Assembly (NCBI GenBank): GCA_963783025.1
Contig: CAWAMA010000013.1
Location: forward strand, 24,139 to 88,138
Direction: 5' to 3'
Origin: an uncultured Pseudomonadota bacterium
GTDB taxonomy: Bacteria > Pseudomonadota > Gammaproteobacteria > Xanthomonadales > Rhodanobacteraceae
Length of the DNA: 64,000 nucleotides
Under the pieces are notes generated by a model. That model was not told the DNA's origin. It saw only the letters and a program-made list of their open reading frames with translations, and made no database searches. The position numbers were made by a program, and so were the translations under genes. Positions 57,810 to 64,000 of this stretch are shown piece after piece. The stretch's first letter is position 1. Each line of letters begins with the position of its first letter.

Positions 57810-58711
57810 GTGCCCACCACACTGCTGCAATCGAACCTGCCCGGCCTGAGCCTGATCCATCGCGGCAAGGTGCGCGACGTCTACGCGCTGTCCGCGACGG
57901 GAACTGCTGATCGTGGCCACGGATCGCCTGTCAGCGCGTTCGACGTGGTCCTGCCCGATCCGATTCCGGGCAAGGGCGAGATGCTGTGCCAGATCTCCAA
58001 TTTCTGGTTCGGCAAGACCGCGCACCTGGTGCCGAATCACCTGACCGGCAAAACCGTCGCCGCCGTGTTGCCCGCCGGCACGGATGCGACTCTGTACGCA
58101 AAGCGCAGCGTGGTCACGAAACGCCTGCAAGCCGGTGCCGGTCGAGGCGATCGCGCGCGGCTACCTGATCGGATCGGGCTGGAAGGATTACCAGGCCACC
58201 GGCACGCTGTGCGGCATCAGGCTGCCGGCGGGCCTGCGCCAGGCGGAAAAACTGCCCGAACCGATCTTCACGCCGTCGACCAAGGCCGCGGCCGGACAGC
58301 ACGACGAGAACGTCGCGTTCGATGCGGTGGTGAAGACCATCGGCGCGGACCTGGCCGAGCAGGTGCGCGATGCGACGCTGGAAATCTACGCGTTCGCCGC
58401 CGATTACGCCGCGCAGCGCGGCATCCTCATCGCCGACACCAAGTTCGAGTTCGGCACCGACGAAACTGGCAAGCTCTACGTCATGGACGAAATGCTCACG
58501 CCGGATTCCTCGCGCTTCTGGCCGGCCGACGAATACCGCGTCGGCATCAGCCCGCCGAGCTACGACAAGCAGTTCGTGCGCGATTACCTGGAAACGCTGG
58601 ACTGGAACAAGACCGCGCCCGGCCCGAAGCTGCCGGCCGCATGTGATCGAAGGCACGTCGGCGAAGTATGCCGAGGCCTTGAAGAAACTCGCCGGCATCG
58701 TGCTCGACTGA
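57810..58711 (+). CDS. purC: SAICAR synthase (frameshifted)
   Basis: [40 protein letters not shown]. Confidence 0.95.
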
Positions 58712-58732
58712 GCACTATGCCGGCGCAAGCGC

Positions 58733-60859
58733 CTACCAGATCTTCACGCGCTGGTCCGGTGCCAGGTACAGCTTCTCGTCGGCCTTGACGTCGAACGCCG
58801 CGTACCACGCATCGATGTTGCGCACGGTCTGCGCGCGGAACTGCGCCGGCGCGTGCACGTCGGTGGTGATGCGCTGGCGCAGCGCGGCGTCGCGAATCTT
58901 GCTGCGCCAATCCTGGCCGAAGGCGAGGAAGAAACGCTGGTCGCCGGTGAGATCGTCGATCGCGGGTGCGGGCTTGCCGTCCAGCGACAGGTGATAGGCC
59001 GCATAGGCCGCCGTCAGGCCGGACACGTCGGCGATGTCCTCGCCGAGCGTCTGCTTGCCGCTCACGTGCAGGCCGGGCAGTGCTTCGTAGCCGTCGAACT
59101 GCTTGGCGAGCGCGTCGGTCGCGGTTGCGAAGTGCGCCGCGTCGGCGGGCGTCCACCAGTTGGCGAGGCGTCCCTGCGCATCGAATTCCGAACCGGTGTT
59201 GTCGAAGCTGTGGCTGATCTCGTGGCCGATGATCGCGCCGATCGCGCCGTAGTTCGCGGCCGCATCGGCCTTCGGATCGAAGAACGGCGGTTGCAGGATC
59301 GCGGCGGGGAAGTTCAGCGCGTTCTGCAGCGGCAGGTTCACCGCGTTCACCGTCTGCGGCGTCATCCACCATTCGCCGCGATCGAGGGCTGAGCCGATCT
59401 TGGCCTTCTGGTAGGCGTACTCGAACGTGGCCGCACGCTGCTGGTTGCCGAGCGCGTCGTCCGCCTTGATCTCGAGCGTGGCGTAGTTGCGCCAGGTTTC
59501 CGGATAACCGACGCCGACGTGCAGGGTGACGAGTTTTTCCTTGGCCTTCGGCCTTGGTTTCGGGCGCCATCCAGGCGAGATTGTCGATGCCCTTGTCGAA
59601 CGCGGCGACGAGGTTCTTCACGATCGCCTGCACTTCGGTCTTGGACGAGGCAGGGAAATATTTCGCGACGTAGACCTGGCCGACCGCATCGCCCAGGTCC
59701 GCGTTCGTCGCTTCCACCGCGCGTTTCCAGCGCTCGCGCTGCTGCGGCGTGCCCTGCAGGGTCTGGCCGTAGAAGCCGAATTGCAGGTCGGCGAAGGCTT
59801 TTGGCAGCAACGGCGCGGCGTCATCGAGGGTGTGGAAGACGAGCAGGTCTTTCCAGCTGTCCAGCGACTCGTGAGCGGTCAGCGCCGACAATCCCGCGAT
59901 GGCCTTGGCCTGCCAGGCATCGATCTGCTTGACCTGGTCGAGCCCGGCCGCCTTGAAGTATTCCGGCCAGTCCAGTCCCGGCGCCTTCTTGGCGAAGTCC
60001 GCGGTGTTCCAGACGTTGTTGGCCTTGTGCGGATCCTCGCTGTCGACGAGGCTTTCCTGCGCCTGCGCGATCTTCGTTTCCAGCGCAAGGATTTTCGCGG
60101 CCTTGGCGTCCGCATCGGCGATGTTCGCCTGCTTCAGCAGTGCGACGACATAGGCCTTGTACTTGTCGCGGAAGCTCGACCATCGCCTTGTCGGTGGAAA
60201 GGTAGTAATCGCGGCTGGGCATGGCGAGGCCGCCCTGCAGCAGATAGGCCATGTTCGTGGAGGCGTCTTCCAGGCCCTTGGTCACGAACAGGCCGAACAG
60301 GTTTGCGGTATGGAAATTGGTGGCGTTGATCGGATCCACGTCGGCGCGCAGGCGGCTGCCGAGCACGCGCGCGAGGTCCGCCGCGCGTCTTGATCGCGGC
60401 GATCGCCTCGAATGCGGGCTTGAGCGGATCGAGGCCGGCCTTGTCGATCGCGGCCTCGTCCATGAAGGCGGCGTAGTAGTCGGCGATCCGGCGCGCATCG
60501 CTGCCGGCCGCAGGATTGGACGCGCCGGCAGTCTTGATCAGGTCGCTGGTCTGCTGCTCGGCCTTCTCGAACACCTCGAAAAAGGTGCCGGTGTTCGAGC
60601 GATCCGGCGGAATCGCCGCGGTCTTGACCCAGGCGCCGTTCGCGTAGGCGAAGAAATCGTCGCCGGGCTTGACGCTATGGTCGATACCGGCCAGGTCGAT
60701 GCCGAGGGCCGGCGCCGGTGCCGGTGCAGCGGGTTTGGCGGGCGCGGCTGTCGGAGCTGCGGGCTTGGTCGCGGCGTCGGCGGACGGCGGCGCGGACGAT
60801 TGCGAACAGGCGGCGATGCTGCAGACGATGGCGGCGGCGAGCAGGGTTCTGGCGTGCAT
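58733..60859 (-). CDS. M13 family metallopeptidase, lipoprotein (frameshifted)
   Basis: IAAC lipobox, [34 protein letters not shown]. Confidence 0.93.
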
Positions 60860-60967
60860 GGCAGCGCTCCGAATGATGGAAACGGCATGATCGCCATGCG
60901 GCGCGGCGAACGCAATCGCAGGAAGTCATGCCCGCGTTCGCGCAGCATGCGGATTTCCCGACGCGTC

Positions 60968-60997
60968 AAAAAACAAGGCGCCCGCAGGCGCCTTGTT
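60968..60997 (-). terminator. intrinsic terminator
   Basis: AACAAGGCGCC/GGCGCCTTGTT stem with a T run on the minus strand, just after the 61020 gene. Confidence 0.75.
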
Positions 60998-61019
60998 CAA
61001 GGTGACTCCGACGAATCCG

Positions 61020-61439
61020 TCAGCCGGCGGATGCGGCCATGCCGGCGAACATGCCGAAGATTGCCGCGCCGAACACGAACGCGAGGATCACGCCAAGGAT
61101 GATCTCGATGATGATCTGGATCAGGGTGACCAGGCAGGCCCTGCCAAAACCCATCTGTCCGCCGTCCGGCTTCTTCAGCAGGGCGTTGGTGATCGCCGCG
61201 TAGAGCAGGAAGATCACGATCAGCGATACCAGAGAGCTCAGTCCGCCACTGCCGAGCACCATGGCCAGGAGCCAGCTGACCACGCCGGCCGCGATGAATT
61301 GGACGATGGTGGTGATGGCGGCGCTCGAAAATTTCGGCGTGAAGCCGCCGCCGAGTTTGGTCGACAGCATCAGGATGGCAGCGCCGATGGCAATGCCGAT
61401 CGCAAGGGCGATGACGGTATAAAGAATTGCGGTAACCAT
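61020..61439 (-). CDS. hypothetical 4-TM membrane protein
   Basis: GGAGA RBS; four hydrophobic segments. Confidence 0.75.
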   Translation of the reverse strand: MVTAILYTVIALAIGIAIGAAILMLSTKLGGGFTPKFSSAAITTIVQFIAAGVVSWLLAMVLGSGGLSSLVSLIVIFLLYAAITNALLKKPDGGQMGFGRACLVTLIQIIIEIILGVILAFVFGAAIFGMFAGMAASAG

Positions 61440-61578
61440 GGATTCTCCCCGAAAAGTGAAGGTCGGTGGTACGGATTGCGCATCCTGCGCGACTGGCTTC
61501 CACGGCATCCGTACCGGGCAAGCTCCCTGCATAAACGCAAAAAGGCGGTAAAAGCGAACGCCAAACCCCGCAGGATCC

Positions 61579-64000
61579 TTACTTTGCTCCCATGGCCCGT
61601 TCCCGCGGACGCAGCAACCAGCGGCACAGTGCCGGCAGGAACACGATCGCGGCGATCATGTTGACCACGAACATGAACGTGAGCAGCACGCCCATGTCGG
61701 CCTGGAACTTGAGATCGGAGAAGATCCACAAGCCGACGCCGACCGCCAAAGTGAGGGCGGTGTAGAAGATCGCGATGCCGGTGGTCTTGAGCGCGATGAA
61801 ATACGACTCGGTCAGCGGCTTGCCCTGCTGCATGGCCTCGCGCATGCGCGCGAAGATGTAAATGGCGTAATCCACGCCGATGCCGACGCCAAGCGCGAGC
61901 ACGGTGAGCGTATTGACCTTCTTGCCGATATCCAGTTCCACCATCAGGCAGTGTCCGAGCTCGGTCACCAGAATCAGCGGCAGTACGATGCACAGCGCCG
62001 CCAGCGGATTGCGGAAGCTGAGCAGGCACATCACGAATACGGCGGCATAAAGCAGGTACAGCATGGTGTGGTCGACCGCGCGCACCTCGTCGTTGATAGC
62101 CGCCATGACGCCGACATTGCCAGTGGCCAGGCGCAGGTTGATGCGGTTGGAGACAAAGGTCTTGCCTTGTGCCTGCGCTTCGTTGAATTCTTTCGTCAAT
62201 TGCTTGCCGCAGGTTGACGTCGGGGCCGGCGAAGGCGTGGTTGTCGGTGCGGAACTGCTTCACTGCATCGATCACGCGGTCGATGGTCGTGGCGCGGTGG
62301 TCGGTGAGGAACAGCATCACCGGCATGGCGCTGCAATCCTCGTTGAGCAGACCCGAGTCGGTTTCGAAGCCCTGCGTGTCCTGGCGCAGCGCATCGTTGT
62401 CGCGCGGCAATTCGCGCCAGCGGATGTTGCCCTCGTTCCAACCGGCGTTGACGATCTTCGCCGCCATCGGCAGGCTGATGACCTGGGCCACGCCCGGCAC
62501 GTTGCGCATGTGCCAGGCGAAGCGGTCAAGCGTTTCCATCACCGGGTAGCTGGTCGTGCACGCGTTTGGCGCGACCTCCGCGATGACGTTGAGGATGTCG
62601 ACGCCGAGCGCGAACTTGTCGCTGATCAGTGCGGCGTCGCGGTTGTAGCGCGAATCCGGGCGTAGTTCGGCCACGCCTTTCTGCGCGTCGCCGATCATCA
62701 CCCGGCTGCCGTAATGTGCGGCGACAGCCCATGTGCCCAGGCCGATCAGGATGACGATCGCGGCTGGCAGCGGCCGGCTCAGCTTCGCGAGCATCGTCCA
62801 CAGTTTGTCGAACTGGGTCAGCTGGCGCAGACGCCAGTTGCGCTTGCGCTCCAGGTTGCGCAGACGGGTGTACGACAGCAGCACCGGCAGCAGCATCAAG
62901 TTGGTGAACACGATCAGGGCGACGCCGACGGTCGCAGTCACGGCCAGCTCGAAGATGATCCGCACCGGGATGATCAGGATGGTGGCGAAGCCGATGCAGC
63001 CGGCGATCAGCGCAACGGCGCCGGGCGCGAGCAACATGTGGCAGGCCAGACGGGCCGCGGTTTGCGGATCCACGCCATTGCGCTGCCGCAGTTGCTCAAT
63101 CGTGCCGTCCTCCAGCCCACCAAAAAACAGCTCGCCGCGAAAGCGATTGATCATTTGCTCGCCGTGGCTGACGGCGATGGCGAAGATCAGGAACGGCGTG
63201 AGCATGTTCATCGGATCGATGCCGAAGCCGAGCAGGTGCAGGGCACCGAGCATCCAGACCACGGCGATCAGTGCACAGGCCACGGTCAGCGAGGCCAGCT
63301 TGGCCGAGGCCGAGTAGGCGAACAACAGCAGCCACGTGAAAGCGACGGTAATGAAGAAGAACCAGATCACCGATTTGGCACCGGCGCTGATGTCGCCAAT
63401 CATCTTGGCGAAGCCGATGATGGCGACGGTGGTGTCGGCGTTCTCGTATTTGTGCCGGATCGCCTCGAGTTGCGCGTTGACCTTGTCGTAATCGATCTTG
63501 ACGCCGTGCGCAGAATCCTCGGGCACGAGGTCGACCCAGACCATCGCGCCGGAGAAATCCTTGGCGACCAGACGTCCGACTATGCCGGCCTTTTCGATGT
63601 TGGCCTTGATCGTGGCGAATTGTTCGGGCGTGGGCTGGAAATCGGCGACATCGGGCGTGAAAGAATCCGGGATTACGTTGCCGCCGGCGAAGCCGTCCTC
63701 GACGACTTCGACGAAGCGGACGTTCGGGGTGAAGATCGAGCTGATCCGTGATGGATCGGCATGATCGATCTTGGAAGCGTCGGTGGTGATTTTCTGCAAG
63801 GTCTGGAAGAACGGCAGATTGAACATGTTGCCGTGCTTGTCCAGTACTGCGATCAGGATGCGGTTGGCGCCGCCGAAATCCTTCTCGTAATCGAGGAAAG
63901 TTTTCGTGTACTCGTGTTGCAGCGGGATCTGTTTCTTGAACCCGGCGTCGATCTTCAGCTGCGAGGCGAAGAACGCCATCGCCACGGTGATCGCGGCGAA
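61579..64000 (-). CDS. RND/MMPL family transporter (5' partial, frameshift near 62200)
   Basis: DFGGANR, AIAVSHG, LATGNVGVMAA, GVGIGVDYAIY, LKFQADMG; two TM clusters. Confidence 0.9.

Overview
GC-rich chromosomal window from a Xanthomonadales bacterium, most likely Rhodanobacteraceae (Rudaea/Dokdonella-like). This is inferred from the Clp-type CRP, the coq7-speD-clp-trpCDGE-rpe-djlA-purC gene order and a C-terminal DRIFADGFE motif. Most of it is housekeeping: MATE, sppA, ada/alkA-ogt, fadE, alaA, rsgA, maeB, aceE, msrA, dinB, coq7, speD, clp, trpEGDC, rpe, djlA, purC, an M13 peptidase and an RND/MMPL transporter. Small accessory modules for secreted or surface proteins are interspersed. From about 25.4 kb onward many genes carry indel frameshifts, which most likely reflect long-read consensus errors, so their boundaries are reconstructed. 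No tRNA, rRNA, CRISPR array or transposase was recognised. Best leads: (1) a non-phage two-gene operon encoding an exported S74-chaperone trimeric fibre and a pseudo-three-fold, vicinal-Cys beta-propeller ending in DRIFADGFE; (2) a secreted protein/LytS/LytTR cassette preceded by three AlgR-like boxes at exact 21-bp spacing; (3) a Gly-rich autotransporter-like passenger with an IPTL-CTERM-like anchor sitting inside the trp cluster; (4) a PdsR/PdsS-like two-component system divergent from two unannotated microproteins whose terminator displays an anti-SD-like CCUCCCCC loop.
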